From assembly GCA_016183235.1 (NCBI GenBank), contig JACPFA010000026.1:33284-97283 (forward strand): DNA of 64,000 bases, in the 5' to 3' direction. The notes under the pieces are model-generated. The model saw nothing but the letters and a program-made list of their open reading frames with translations. It was not told the DNA's origin and searched no databases. Made by a program: the position numbers and the translations under genes. Position 1 is the first letter of the stretch, and every line of letters starts with the position of its first letter. This stretch comes from Deltaproteobacteria bacterium. Its GTDB lineage: Bacteria > UBA10199 > DSSB01 > JACPFA01. This document shows positions 34,566 through 43,677 of the stretch, piece after piece.

Positions 34566-36227
34566 TCATGGCGTTATTTTCTTTCGAATTTTTTCTAAGT
34601 CTTCTTTTTCGCGCCGATCTAAGGTTTTCTTTTCTTCCAATAATTTTAAGGCCCGGCGAAAATATTCTTGGGCTTTGGTCTCTTGATTGAGCTTGCGATA
34701 AACCTCACCTAAATGATCTAGCAAGGTATATTCGTTGGGCGCCATAAGGTCGGCCTTTTTTAAATAAAAGAGCGCCTTTTCTAAATCGCCTAAGCGAAAA
34801 TAAACCCAGCCTAAACTATCGGTAATATAACCATCGGCGGGATCTAGTTTGATTGCCTTCTGAATAAGCTCCAAGGCCTCTTGCAACTTAATGCCTTGAT
34901 CGGCCCAGGCATAGCCCACATAATTCAATGCCATCGGGCTTTTGGGATTAACCTCTAAGAGCTTTTGCATGGTGGTGACACTCGCTTCTACCTTCCCCAC
35001 TTTGTCGTAGGCAACTCCCAAAGAAAATAATAATTTTTCACTCCCGGCAAAGGTTACGAGTGCTTTTTCTAAAACAGCAATGCCTTCGGAATATCGATTT
35101 TGCTTACTTAGTACGGCGGCTAAAATATCGTAATAGTCAGGGTCGGCTTTTTTCTTAAGTAAGGCCTTGAGTTCAGATTCAATGAGTTTATATTTTTCTT
35201 GGTCAAATAATAGCACCCATTTGCGAATCGAGACCTCGTGAAATAGGGTCGAATCGGGGGGTAGTTTGGCATAAGCGTTAACGGCTTCATCCATCTTTTT
35301 TTGCACTTCATAGGTGAGCCCCAAATAATAAAGCAACTGGTCGCTATTGGGATTAAACCGCAACACCTTGGCAAAGCGTTTTTCAGCCTCGGGGTAATTT
35401 TGCAATTGAAAGTAGAGAATGCCCGCCCGCAGGGTAATGTCTAAATCGCCAATGGCGAGCTTTTCTAATCTACTCATGTAACCTTCGGCTTCTTTAAATT
35501 TTTTAGCATCGATGTAAATGCGGGCCAGGCTTGCCAATGCCCGAATGTCGTCGGGATCAAAATCTAAAACCTTTTTGAATGCGATAATGGCTTGTGCGTC
35601 ATTTTTTAGTTGCACCGAATAAATCGACCCCAACGAATAATAGGCTAGTTTGGCCTTGGGGTTTTGCCGAATCCACTGTTGGGTAGCCACCAGGGCGGTT
35701 GGGTAATTCTTCATCAACAGATATTCCCTCACCAACATTTTATGTGCATCTTCATAGGTAGCATTTAAACGAATAGCGGTGCGGTATTCTTGCAGTGCCG
35801 CCGCATGATTTTCTTGTAAAGAATAGACCTGCCCCACTAACACATGATATCGGCTATTGCTGGGTTCGCGATGAGTGGCTGCTTTGGCTTGCACCAGGGC
35901 TTGTGGCAATTGATGGGTCTCGGTTAAAGTGCGGGCGTATTCATAGTGTAAATAAGCCGACTCTGGATCCGCTTCTACCGCACGTTGTAGGGCGTTTTCT
36001 GCTTGGGAATTGGCACCGCGGAAGGCAAAGAGTTGGGCATCGAGGAAATTGAGAATGGCATCGGGGGCTGCCGGTGTTACTTCTTTTTCGCCTGCCCACG
36101 GCAGGGCCCTTTGTGGAGGCGGCCTGCCTTTGGCCTTGTGAATTGAACCTTGCGTATGACTACAAGCAACTTGAATGCCGAATAGGGGAATCGCGATTAG
36201 TAATCGAAAGGCGAGCTTCAGTTTCAT
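34566..36227 (-). CDS. TPR-repeat lipoprotein
   Basis: The start is taken at ATG 36227 (MKLKLAFRLLIAIPLFGIQVACSH, with a lipobox). More than 10 TPR units run through the body. The track start at 36290 lies in repeat sequence. Confidence 0.75.
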   Translation of the reverse strand: MKLKLAFRLLIAIPLFGIQVACSHTQGSIHKAKGRPPPQRALPWAGEKEVTPAAPDAILNFLDAQLFAFRGANSQAENALQRAVEADPESAYLHYEYARTLTETHQLPQALVQAKAATHREPSNSRYHVLVGQVYSLQENHAAALQEYRTAIRLNATYEDAHKMLVREYLLMKNYPTALVATQQWIRQNPKAKLAYYSLGSIYSVQLKNDAQAIIAFKKVLDFDPDDIRALASLARIYIDAKKFKEAEGYMSRLEKLAIGDLDITLRAGILYFQLQNYPEAEKRFAKVLRFNPNSDQLLYYLGLTYEVQKKMDEAVNAYAKLPPDSTLFHEVSIRKWVLLFDQEKYKLIESELKALLKKKADPDYYDILAAVLSKQNRYSEGIAVLEKALVTFAGSEKLLFSLGVAYDKVGKVEASVTTMQKLLEVNPKSPMALNYVGYAWADQGIKLQEALELIQKAIKLDPADGYITDSLGWVYFRLGDLEKALFYLKKADLMAPNEYTLLDHLGEVYRKLNQETKAQEYFRRALKLLEEKKTLDRREKEDLEKIRKKITP

Positions 36228-36237
36228 AATAAAAAGC

Positions 36238-36292
36238 CACCATTGCGAAGTAAGAGAGATTGCTTCGCCCTGCTGGCCTCGCAATGACACAG
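36238..36292. repeat. A-type palindromic unit
   Basis: accattgcgaagtaagagagattgcttcgccctgctggcctcgcaatgacac. Confidence 0.8.
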
Positions 36293-36320
36293 TAACGTAG
36301 CATATTTTTTTGAGAAAGCC

Positions 36321-37040
36321 ATGGAAAGATTAAGCCTCTGGGCCACTTTAGGTATTTTTTTAGCCATTGCCCTGTTGTTTGTGGGCGCCGAACTCGTGGT
36401 AGGCATGGGATTCATGGCCATACAAACTTGGCGCCACCCCGAAAGCGATCTTGCGCTTTATGTCCACAATTTAAGTTTCGATGGTATTTATTTTAGCCTC
36501 ACCACTTTAGCTCGCGCCTTGTTTTGCACCGCCTTGCTCGGGGGATTTTTGAAAATGCAAGGGCTACCGGTCGCTCGTTATTTGGCCCTCAAAAAATTTG
36601 CCTGGCCTCGTTATTTATTTTGGCAGATCACTTTGATCGCCTATTTAGTTTGCAGCGAATATGGGATGCAGAAGTTAGGCTTTCCCGTCGTGCATGAATT
36701 TATGGAAACCATCTACAAAAATGCAGGGTCTCTGCTCCTCTTGTGGATTGCGCTCATCATCGCTGCACCTTTATTAGAAGAATTAGTGTTTCGTGGGTTG
36801 CTTTACCAAGGCATTGCCACCACTAGGCTAGCCGTGCCCGGGGCTATTATCATCCCCGCCTTGCTTTGGGCTTTGACGCACTTTCAATACCACGGAATCT
36901 TCATGGGCATCATCTTGGGGGGTGGAATTTTATTGGGGCTGGCGCGCTGGCATACCGGTTCTACCTTGGCAACCCTTGGGCTACATGCCTCGTGGAATCT
37001 CATTTCTACACTGCTCGCCCATTATTACTTGGGCTCATAA
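36321..37040 (+). CDS. CPBP-family intramembrane glutamic endopeptidase (CAAX protease-like)
   Basis: 239 aa, polytopic, with motif 1 LLEELVFRGLLY, a later ALTHFQYH, and HASWN near the C-terminus. Confidence 0.85.
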   Translation: MERLSLWATLGIFLAIALLFVGAELVVGMGFMAIQTWRHPESDLALYVHNLSFDGIYFSLTTLARALFCTALLGGFLKMQGLPVARYLALKKFAWPRYLFWQITLIAYLVCSEYGMQKLGFPVVHEFMETIYKNAGSLLLLWIALIIAAPLLEELVFRGLLYQGIATTRLAVPGAIIIPALLWALTHFQYHGIFMGIILGGGILLGLARWHTGSTLATLGLHASWNLISTLLAHYYLGS

Positions 37041-40000
37041 CCAAGGTAGGCCTCCGTTTGACGCACTTCTTGACGCAGGGTGGGTCTTTTTTCGAACAAG
37101 GGGGCAAAGGGCTCATAGGCCGAGGGGCCGCTTATTTGGGCCTCTTTAACCATGTATTCCGAAAGCACCAGGGCTAAGTGATCGGACTCTGCAATGTGCC
37201 CCAACCAAAATTCGATGGCTCGGTCGGGTAATTTATCTTTTAAATGTGCCCGCCCTATATTCCATAACATGGTTGAATGGGTATCGTGGCCGGGCGGTAA
37301 GAACTCGAGATATTTCTGCCCTATTTCAGCGGCCATCCCATAAGAAGCTCGGTCATAATAATCATCAAACTGTCGGAGATACACCCTAAGCAAGCCCTCG
37401 CGGGGTTCGTGAAAATTAGGGTCTAAACGCAATGCCATTTCCAAATGGCGGATGGCCTTGGCTTCATCGTGTTGGTGAAGAAAATAGACCCCAACACTGT
37501 AGTTTAACTTGGCCATGGTCTGCCGTGGATAGCCCATGAGGCCGTCAATACCCAATGCCTCGTGGTAGCTGAGCAAACCCTTTCGTACGGATTCAGGGAT
37601 CAGAGCTGCTACTTCAGCTAAGCGACGCTCATTAACCAAGATTTCTGAGAGCAGCGCAAAGGCATCGAGTTGATGAGGATCTCGGGCAAGCATGTCCCTT
37701 AAAATCTTTTCAGCATCGGCTACTTGGCCCAAACGATAGTGTTTTTCAGCAGATCTTATCAAGATGTTACGATCGGCAAGAAACTGTGTGCCTAAACGTT
37801 TCACCCTAACCAACCCTTCATCAACAGAACCTCGTGCGGCCCACTGAGCCAATGGAACCGCCAAAAGATGCTCTAAGCCGGGGGGCTCGGCCAAATGCCT
37901 TGCCGCTACCCGCCCCGCGCCCACGTAACGTTTGGGATGATAAAGTTTGCCCCGAAATGGGTCAAAAAATGCACCTTCCCCCAGGGGCGCCCAGAGTGCG
38001 TAATTGCGATCCAGGGGCACGGCGCGAAAGGCAATGCCGGCTTGGTGTCCCAGATGGGCAGCCAGGGCGTTCAAGGCGTAAGTGGGTTCGGTATAAGGAT
38101 AGGCACCTAACTCTCCCCGCAACAGGGCGGCTAATTCTGTGGGATATTCCCACCTGCTGCGGAAGGGGGTTAACACGCTCGCGGGGCCACCAAAATAAGT
38201 CTTTAGTTGGGCCAACCGATAAAGCAGATCATAATCGCTGCCACCGTGGTTTAAAGAAATGCCTCCCCTAATCGCTTGTTCGGCCAGCTCTCTTGATGCA
38301 TCTAAAAATGCAGGGAATCGTAAGGGGTCTTGCCTGAATCCTTCAAAATAAGCCTCCAAACCTTGCACCAATGGCGTCAATGCGCTTACAGACGTATGCC
38401 CGTTGGGATAAGTTAACTCTTCTGCTACCAGATAGGCCTCGGCAATCCTGCCTGCTGCAACCAACTTCAAGAGATCGGGCCAAGCATGGGCACGCCCCTC
38501 GGCAAAATCTTGAGCCAAGTGATCTAATGGAATTCTCTCGAGGGGGTCATGAGTCAAGGGGGGTGGCTGCCAGGCCAATGCTCTCGCCACTAGTACAGGA
38601 TCGTGAGTGGTCAAATCGTCTGCAAAGGCCTTGGCTAAAGCATAGGCAGTGGCGTAATCCCGCCTTGTTTCAAGAAGTTCAATTTGGGTCAATAAAAATG
38701 GGACTATTACCTCCGGCTCTAAAGTAGCCGCGTGACGAAAATAGGCTATGGCTTCGTCTAAATAACCTTGCCCTAGGCTAGTCGTTCCTAAATCACTATA
38801 AACTTCAACCGCATTGGGCCTGAATTGGGCCAACTTAAGCAATACCTCGCGAGCCTTCCGGAATGTATTGCGGAATGCCTTGGTACGTTGGCGGGCATCA
38901 GTAGCATAAGACTGCCGCTTGATTGCCTCCAATTGCACATGATAGGCTTCAACCAATAAGTTTTGTATCTCTTGGCCTTGAGGAAAAAGCTTATGACCCA
39001 ACTCGAGCACCCTGACAGCGTTGTCATAGTTGGTTTCAGCCAAATACATGCCCCCTAAATTGGCAAAGGCCGCTTGAGCAGTATGATCGTCCACCCACAA
39101 ATGAGACCCTTGGTAGGCCCTGCCCTCTCCCCCTGCTCGCACGGTCAAAATCGCCACGGCTGCTTCTAGGTGTTGCCTAACCTCAACTTCAGTGGTGGCA
39201 TCACCCCCTTCTTCTATCAACCACTGCGCTAAGGCAACGCGAGCAAAAACATAGCGCGGATGCTGGCTAACAAAGATTCGCAAGTGAGCGATGGCTTCTT
39301 TTTTAAGCCCTTTATCTGCTAGAAAAAAAGCTTTATTTATCTGAACAGTAGTCGTCTCCAGCCCTAGCGCTTCGAGTAAAACCACTATTTTGTCTCGATG
39401 TTCTGAACTTCTTGCAAACCTAAGTAAGGGATTGGTCAAGAGGGCCTCTACAGGCTGTGGCTGTTGATCGGCATTCAAAACCTGTTTTTTTGACTCATAA
39501 TAGGCAGGGGGCAGCAAATCTCCGCTCTGTGGTTCGAAATAAAGCCCACCCCCTTGCGGGGTAAAAAGGGCAACGTGCCGTTCAGGAGAAAGGGTCTGGA
39601 ACTCCACCCCTACCCGGTGCCCCAAATGAGCAGCCAAGACAGCCGCAGGATGGCAGCTCCCTCGGTCAGCCAAACGTCCGGGTCGCTTCATCAACAAGTC
39701 GGTGAGCGTGGTGGGAAGGTTCCCCCTTTCAAAGGGGCGCAAGATCCTCCAATGATGAACCATAAAATCGGCGATCTGAGCAATCTTGTAAAAATGATCG
39801 ATGGTATTAGGGTCTAAGACAATGCCCTGCATAAAATTCGCAACGTTGATCTCACGATCATCGAGCGTTCGCTGAATTAAGTCCAATTTTTCCCCAAAAG
39901 GGACTTGCCTGGGCTCGCGATAATGGTCGGCAAAATCTCTCTCCATGAATCTTAAGGCCCCCGAAGCCAGTTCATAATCCCTGACATCAAACCCCCCTGT

Positions 40001-40489
40001 CTCTGCTGCATCCGCTTCGATTTTCAAGAGGGCGTCGGCCAACAGGCCTTCTTCTCGCAACGCGGTTAATCTTGCACGCGCTGGGGCTGCCTCTTTGGTT
40101 TTGTTAATTTCATCCAGGAGTTCCCTAACCCTGGTTTTACGGGGATCCGAGGTTCTACCACCCTTTGCGTTGGGGCCTTGTTCGCTCATCATCCAAGTTT
40201 GGGGAGGTCGCCCACGACCTGCGGCTGCCCAGGCAAGGCTTGGCCCCGCGGCCAGGCCCGCTGGGAGGTTGTTGAAAAAGCCCGGCAAATTACGCCCCGC
40301 ATGTTCGTAAATGCGAGTGAGCCGCGGATTTCGCGCAATGCTGCGATGCAGCCGTGCTTCCAAAGCTTGCCTGGTTTCAAATCGATGCACCTGCGGTATC
40401 GCCGCTCGCACCAAATAGCCCGCCGCACCTAACTCCGCCGTCGTGGCCGTTGCATGCACCCCCGCATATCGGCACCGCATGTCTTGCAA
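37025..40489 (-). CDS. large TPR protein with two transglutaminase-core-like (SirB1/UPF0162-like) modules
   Basis: 1154-aa ORF with an internal duplication: RGSCHPAAVLAAHLGHRVGVEFQTLSPERHVALFTPQGGGLYFEPQSGDLL vs EPTYALNALAAHLGHQAGIAFRAVPLDRNYALWAPLGEGAFFDPFRGKLY. Each copy is followed by TPR-like helices. The N-terminal boundary is uncertain: TTG 40489, ATG 40480 or ATG 40192. Confidence 0.6.
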   Translation of the reverse strand: MQDMRCRYAGVHATATTAELGAAGYLVRAAIPQVHRFETRQALEARLHRSIARNPRLTRIYEHAGRNLPGFFNNLPAGLAAGPSLAWAAAGRGRPPQTWMMSEQGPNAKGGRTSDPRKTRVRELLDEINKTKEAAPARARLTALREEGLLADALLKIEADAAETGGFDVRDYELASGALRFMERDFADHYREPRQVPFGEKLDLIQRTLDDREINVANFMQGIVLDPNTIDHFYKIAQIADFMVHHWRILRPFERGNLPTTLTDLLMKRPGRLADRGSCHPAAVLAAHLGHRVGVEFQTLSPERHVALFTPQGGGLYFEPQSGDLLPPAYYESKKQVLNADQQPQPVEALLTNPLLRFARSSEHRDKIVVLLEALGLETTTVQINKAFFLADKGLKKEAIAHLRIFVSQHPRYVFARVALAQWLIEEGGDATTEVEVRQHLEAAVAILTVRAGGEGRAYQGSHLWVDDHTAQAAFANLGGMYLAETNYDNAVRVLELGHKLFPQGQEIQNLLVEAYHVQLEAIKRQSYATDARQRTKAFRNTFRKAREVLLKLAQFRPNAVEVYSDLGTTSLGQGYLDEAIAYFRHAATLEPEVIVPFLLTQIELLETRRDYATAYALAKAFADDLTTHDPVLVARALAWQPPPLTHDPLERIPLDHLAQDFAEGRAHAWPDLLKLVAAGRIAEAYLVAEELTYPNGHTSVSALTPLVQGLEAYFEGFRQDPLRFPAFLDASRELAEQAIRGGISLNHGGSDYDLLYRLAQLKTYFGGPASVLTPFRSRWEYPTELAALLRGELGAYPYTEPTYALNALAAHLGHQAGIAFRAVPLDRNYALWAPLGEGAFFDPFRGKLYHPKRYVGAGRVAARHLAEPPGLEHLLAVPLAQWAARGSVDEGLVRVKRLGTQFLADRNILIRSAEKHYRLGQVADAEKILRDMLARDPHQLDAFALLSEILVNERRLAEVAALIPESVRKGLLSYHEALGIDGLMGYPRQTMAKLNYSVGVYFLHQHDEAKAIRHLEMALRLDPNFHEPREGLLRVYLRQFDDYYDRASYGMAAEIGQKYLEFLPPGHDTHSTMLWNIGRAHLKDKLPDRAIEFWLGHIAESDHLALVLSEYMVKEAQISGPSAYEPFAPLFEKRPTLRQEVRQTEAYLGYEPK

Positions 40490-41549
40490 CCCCCTCCGTC
40501 ACCTTCAAATATTCCAAATGTCTCGTCGCTAATCCCGCTGCATTGATCCCATGAATCGCTTCTCGCCCCGCCAACCCTATGCCAACCCCAGCCCTCACTC
40601 CCCCAAAAATAACCGCATTATGCGCCCAGGTTTGCCAATAACGACCCCAGTTGATTTCCCCATGCTGGCTCATTTCCATCCAGGCTGTCACATACGTCAC
40701 TTCTGCCGCAGTTGCAGTCGTTGCCGATAATAACTCCCACACCCTCGCTTGACTTGCTCCCTCCACTAAACCTATCCCTCGCTGCATCACCCAGCCCTTC
40801 ACCCACCGCGAGAGCAAACTCCCAGTGATCAGCATCCCCATCATATTCAGGCTACCTAATCTGCCTTGCAGCCCACGCGCGGCATGCACCACTTCAGCTG
40901 TTTTGTATTTTCCTTCTCCCTGCATCACACTCAAGGCCATGCTGGCATCGGCCACCACTTTGCCCTTGGCTAATCCCATGAGGCCGCTATCTAAAGATTG
41001 ATAAACAACTAAGGCACCGGCTTCGTGGCCTTCGCTCAAGTTATAGCTCGAAGCTAAAGCCAAAAGTTGTTGGCTTAAGATTTCTAGATGACTGGCGGAA
41101 GCGATTTGGCGGAGTTGGGTTAAAAAACCGTGACCACCCAGGGCTTGGGCAATGTGCGTTTTTTCTTCATCAGAAAGATTTGAATAGGCTTGTGAAAAGC
41201 TTTTGCCAGCCGCAATGGCTTGTTCTAATTTTTGCCAACTCACTTGATGAGAAACGGCATCGAAGCTTTCAGCCCCGGCCAACATTCGAGCGATGTCTTG
41301 AGCCACCCCTAAGACCACGAGGCCTTGGCGGTTTAAACGCAAATCTTCCCATAGCTTGAGTAAACGATCGGCCTCAGGGTTCCCCTTTGCTTTGGCTAAT
41401 TCGCCAATGCCGGCTTCTAAATCACCGGCCAGCACGTGCTCGGTGGCCGTGGCAATGTGCACCCCGGCTACGTCGCCCATAGCGTAGGCATCTGCCCGCC
41501 ATTGGCTAATTTTATCCTGTGAAATCGATGGAATAGACGGAGGCCCCAT
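40377..41549 (-). CDS. hypothetical protein (helical N-half, hydrophobic C-half)
   Basis: 390-aa ORF with no recognisable family. The last ~40 codons are Gly/Cys-rich and overlap the next ORF out of frame by 113 nt. Confidence 0.55.
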   Translation of the reverse strand: MGPPSIPSISQDKISQWRADAYAMGDVAGVHIATATEHVLAGDLEAGIGELAKAKGNPEADRLLKLWEDLRLNRQGLVVLGVAQDIARMLAGAESFDAVSHQVSWQKLEQAIAAGKSFSQAYSNLSDEEKTHIAQALGGHGFLTQLRQIASASHLEILSQQLLALASSYNLSEGHEAGALVVYQSLDSGLMGLAKGKVVADASMALSVMQGEGKYKTAEVVHAARGLQGRLGSLNMMGMLITGSLLSRWVKGWVMQRGIGLVEGASQARVWELLSATTATAAEVTYVTAWMEMSQHGEINWGRYWQTWAHNAVIFGGVRAGVGIGLAGREAIHGINAAGLATRHLEYLKVTEGVARHAVPICGGACNGHDGGVRCGGLFGASGDTAGASI

Positions 41550-41593
41550 AACGGGACATCTATCGAATGACCTTAAAAAAAGTTGTTACGAGT

Positions 41594-42340
41594 TTAACGC
41601 GTTGCGTAAACTAGATATTCTTGATTACCTTTGTCACCCAAGATCGGAGAAGCCAAAACCCCTTGAACCTGAAAATCACACCCCTTTAGAAACTCCAAAA
41701 TTTTCTTTATCACCGCTTGTTGTTTTTCCGAGCTATGAATCACCCCACCTTTTTCCACCTCTCCCTTCCCCACTTCAAACTGGGGCTTGATCAACGCAAC
41801 TAAATTCCACTGGCCAGGGATCGCACGCACCAAATGAGGGATCACTTGGGTTAGAGAAATAAAGGCTACATCTACCACCACCAAGTTGATGGGTTCGGCA
41901 AAAATTTCGGGGCGCAAATCTTTCACGTGCAACTTTTCGAAACTGATCACCCGCGGGTCTTGACGCAAAGTATAGGCTAGCTGATTGGTACCCACATCAA
42001 TGGCGTAAACTTTTGACGCACCCGCTTGCAGCAGACAATCCGTGAATCCCCCGGTTGACGCACCCATATCCACACACACAAAATCTTTGACGCAGATTTT
42101 AAAATGGTCCAGGGCGGCCTTGAGTTTGAGGCCGCCCCGGCTCACATAGGGATGATCAACGCCTTTGAGGCGAAGGGTAGCGTTGGAGTTAAATTTTTCG
42201 CTGGACTTTAAGACCAAATGGTCATCTGCCACCACCTTGCCGGCCATAATGAGGCTCTGCGCCCGTTCGCGGGATGGGGCTAGTTTTTTTTCTACCAGCA
42301 ATAGATCAATACGTTTTTTCTTGGGTTGATGAGAAGTCAT
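41594..42340 (-). CDS. tlyA: TlyA-family rRNA 2'-O-methyltransferase (hemolysin A-like)
   Basis: 248 aa with an S4-like N-terminus (RIDLLLVEKKLAPSRERAQSLIMAGKV) and a SAM-binding motif VCVDMGASTGGFTDCLLQAGASKVYAIDVG. Confidence 0.9.
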   Translation of the reverse strand: MTSHQPKKKRIDLLLVEKKLAPSRERAQSLIMAGKVVADDHLVLKSSEKFNSNATLRLKGVDHPYVSRGGLKLKAALDHFKICVKDFVCVDMGASTGGFTDCLLQAGASKVYAIDVGTNQLAYTLRQDPRVISFEKLHVKDLRPEIFAEPINLVVVDVAFISLTQVIPHLVRAIPGQWNLVALIKPQFEVGKGEVEKGGVIHSSEKQQAVIKKILEFLKGCDFQVQGVLASPILGDKGNQEYLVYATR

Positions 42341-43583
42341 AGAATTTCTCTGGAGTTATAATATCAACCTGTTTCCCTAAAATGGGGGGCACAGTTTGCA
42401 TGCTACTCTTCACCTCATAGAGGCGAAGACGCTCCCCCTCACGAACCAAGATATCCGCCTCACGTTGGGTGTTCGATGAATACCAAGAATAAACACGTTT
42501 ATATTTTCGCGCAAAATGATTAACCACCACTGCCTCAAAAACCTTCCCTTTCATTTCTGAATCTTGAAGTTGATTTTTCCACCATTCAAAAATATTTTTT
42601 AAACCACGCAATAATCCTCCTGCCACCGCATAAAGTAGAGGATCAATAAAATAAATCTTTTTTGCCTTGCGCGGGGCCTCCATGTCTTTGTCGGGATCAT
42701 AGCACCCCAGCACATGACACAGAAAAGCAAGTTCCAAATGCGCAACATAGGCAGCCGCGGTCTCATGGCTTTTGACAGGGGATTTTTCAATCAAACGTTG
42801 ATACGTCACTTGACTTGTAAGTGTGTCAAAAATCCGAAACATGATGTGCACGAGGATGTCACGAGAAAGTTCAAAACGATGGGCATCTCCAAAGATCCAA
42901 TTCGCATAGGTTTCATAGGTTTCATCAGAAACCCCACCTAATTGGCAATAATCACGAATTGCATGTGGAAACCCACCCACTTCTAAATATATTTGAAACC
43001 GAGCATGAGCATCGATGTGTTGAAAGCAGGGAAGGCCTGCATAGTCTCGAAGCGAGAGCGGGAAAAGGCTCACCTCTTTTACATTTCTCCCGGGAAAACG
43101 CTCTGCCATTTTTTTAAGATCTCTGGCATTAGAACCCGAGATCAAAAGAAAGGATTTTCGAAGTAAACCAGAATTTAAAAGCCATAAGATACCCCTCTGC
43201 CATTCCTCCACAAAAGTAATCTCATCAAGGCAAAGGAAAAGCCGCTCATGTTGTTTTGCTTTTAGCCAATCCACTAAAATTTGCTGCAATTCTGAATAAT
43301 TCTCGATGGCTTCACACGTTAAAAATAAACAATGGGCTGCCTTGACGCCATCCAACGAAATGGCTCGAGCGATGAGTTCTTTCATCAATGTCGTTTTTCC
43401 AATTTGTCTTGGGCCACGAATCAAAAAAGAATGCCCCATCTGAAATTGGAGTTCTTTTTTTATAGGATGATCAAAATACCAAGGTTTGTTCAAAACGGCG
43501 ATAAGATGGGGATCCTGTTCATGGGCATGTGGGTTAGCCCACCAAGGATTGAGAATTTCAAGACTTTTTGTATCTATAACCAT
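42306..43583 (-). CDS. AAA+ ATPase of the AAA_14/DUF4143 type
   Basis: 425 aa with Walker A IRGPRQIGKTT and Walker B-like FLCLDEI. The C-terminal half resembles the DUF4143 region. The assignment is from memory of the family pattern. Confidence 0.65.
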   Translation of the reverse strand: MVIDTKSLEILNPWWANPHAHEQDPHLIAVLNKPWYFDHPIKKELQFQMGHSFLIRGPRQIGKTTLMKELIARAISLDGVKAAHCLFLTCEAIENYSELQQILVDWLKAKQHERLFLCLDEITFVEEWQRGILWLLNSGLLRKSFLLISGSNARDLKKMAERFPGRNVKEVSLFPLSLRDYAGLPCFQHIDAHARFQIYLEVGGFPHAIRDYCQLGGVSDETYETYANWIFGDAHRFELSRDILVHIMFRIFDTLTSQVTYQRLIEKSPVKSHETAAAYVAHLELAFLCHVLGCYDPDKDMEAPRKAKKIYFIDPLLYAVAGGLLRGLKNIFEWWKNQLQDSEMKGKVFEAVVVNHFARKYKRVYSWYSSNTQREADILVREGERLRLYEVKSSMQTVPPILGKQVDIITPEKFYDFSSTQEKTY

Positions 43584-43617
43584 TTGATTTTATTTATAAA
43601 TTTTGTATATTTTATAT

Positions 43618-43637
43618 TATGCAATTATAATCGCATA
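43618..43637. promoter_or_regulatory. near-perfect 20-bp palindrome containing TATAAT, a possible promoter/operator of the ATPase gene
   Basis: TATGCAATTATAATCGCATA (18 of 20 positions symmetric) lies 35-54 nt upstream of the ATG at 43583. Confidence 0.3.
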
Positions 43638-43677
43638 ATTTTGTGAAAGGATCAATGTCTGATTTGCCGTAAGGTTA

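Noticed and set aside
37025-41549. Horizontally acquired GC-rich island
   Set aside because: Spot counts of 60-nt lines gave 40-80% GC inside the region and 33-57% in flanking genes. The ranges overlap, so without a proper sliding-window calculation the compositional claim is not supportable. Only 40.1-40.5 kb is clearly GC-rich.
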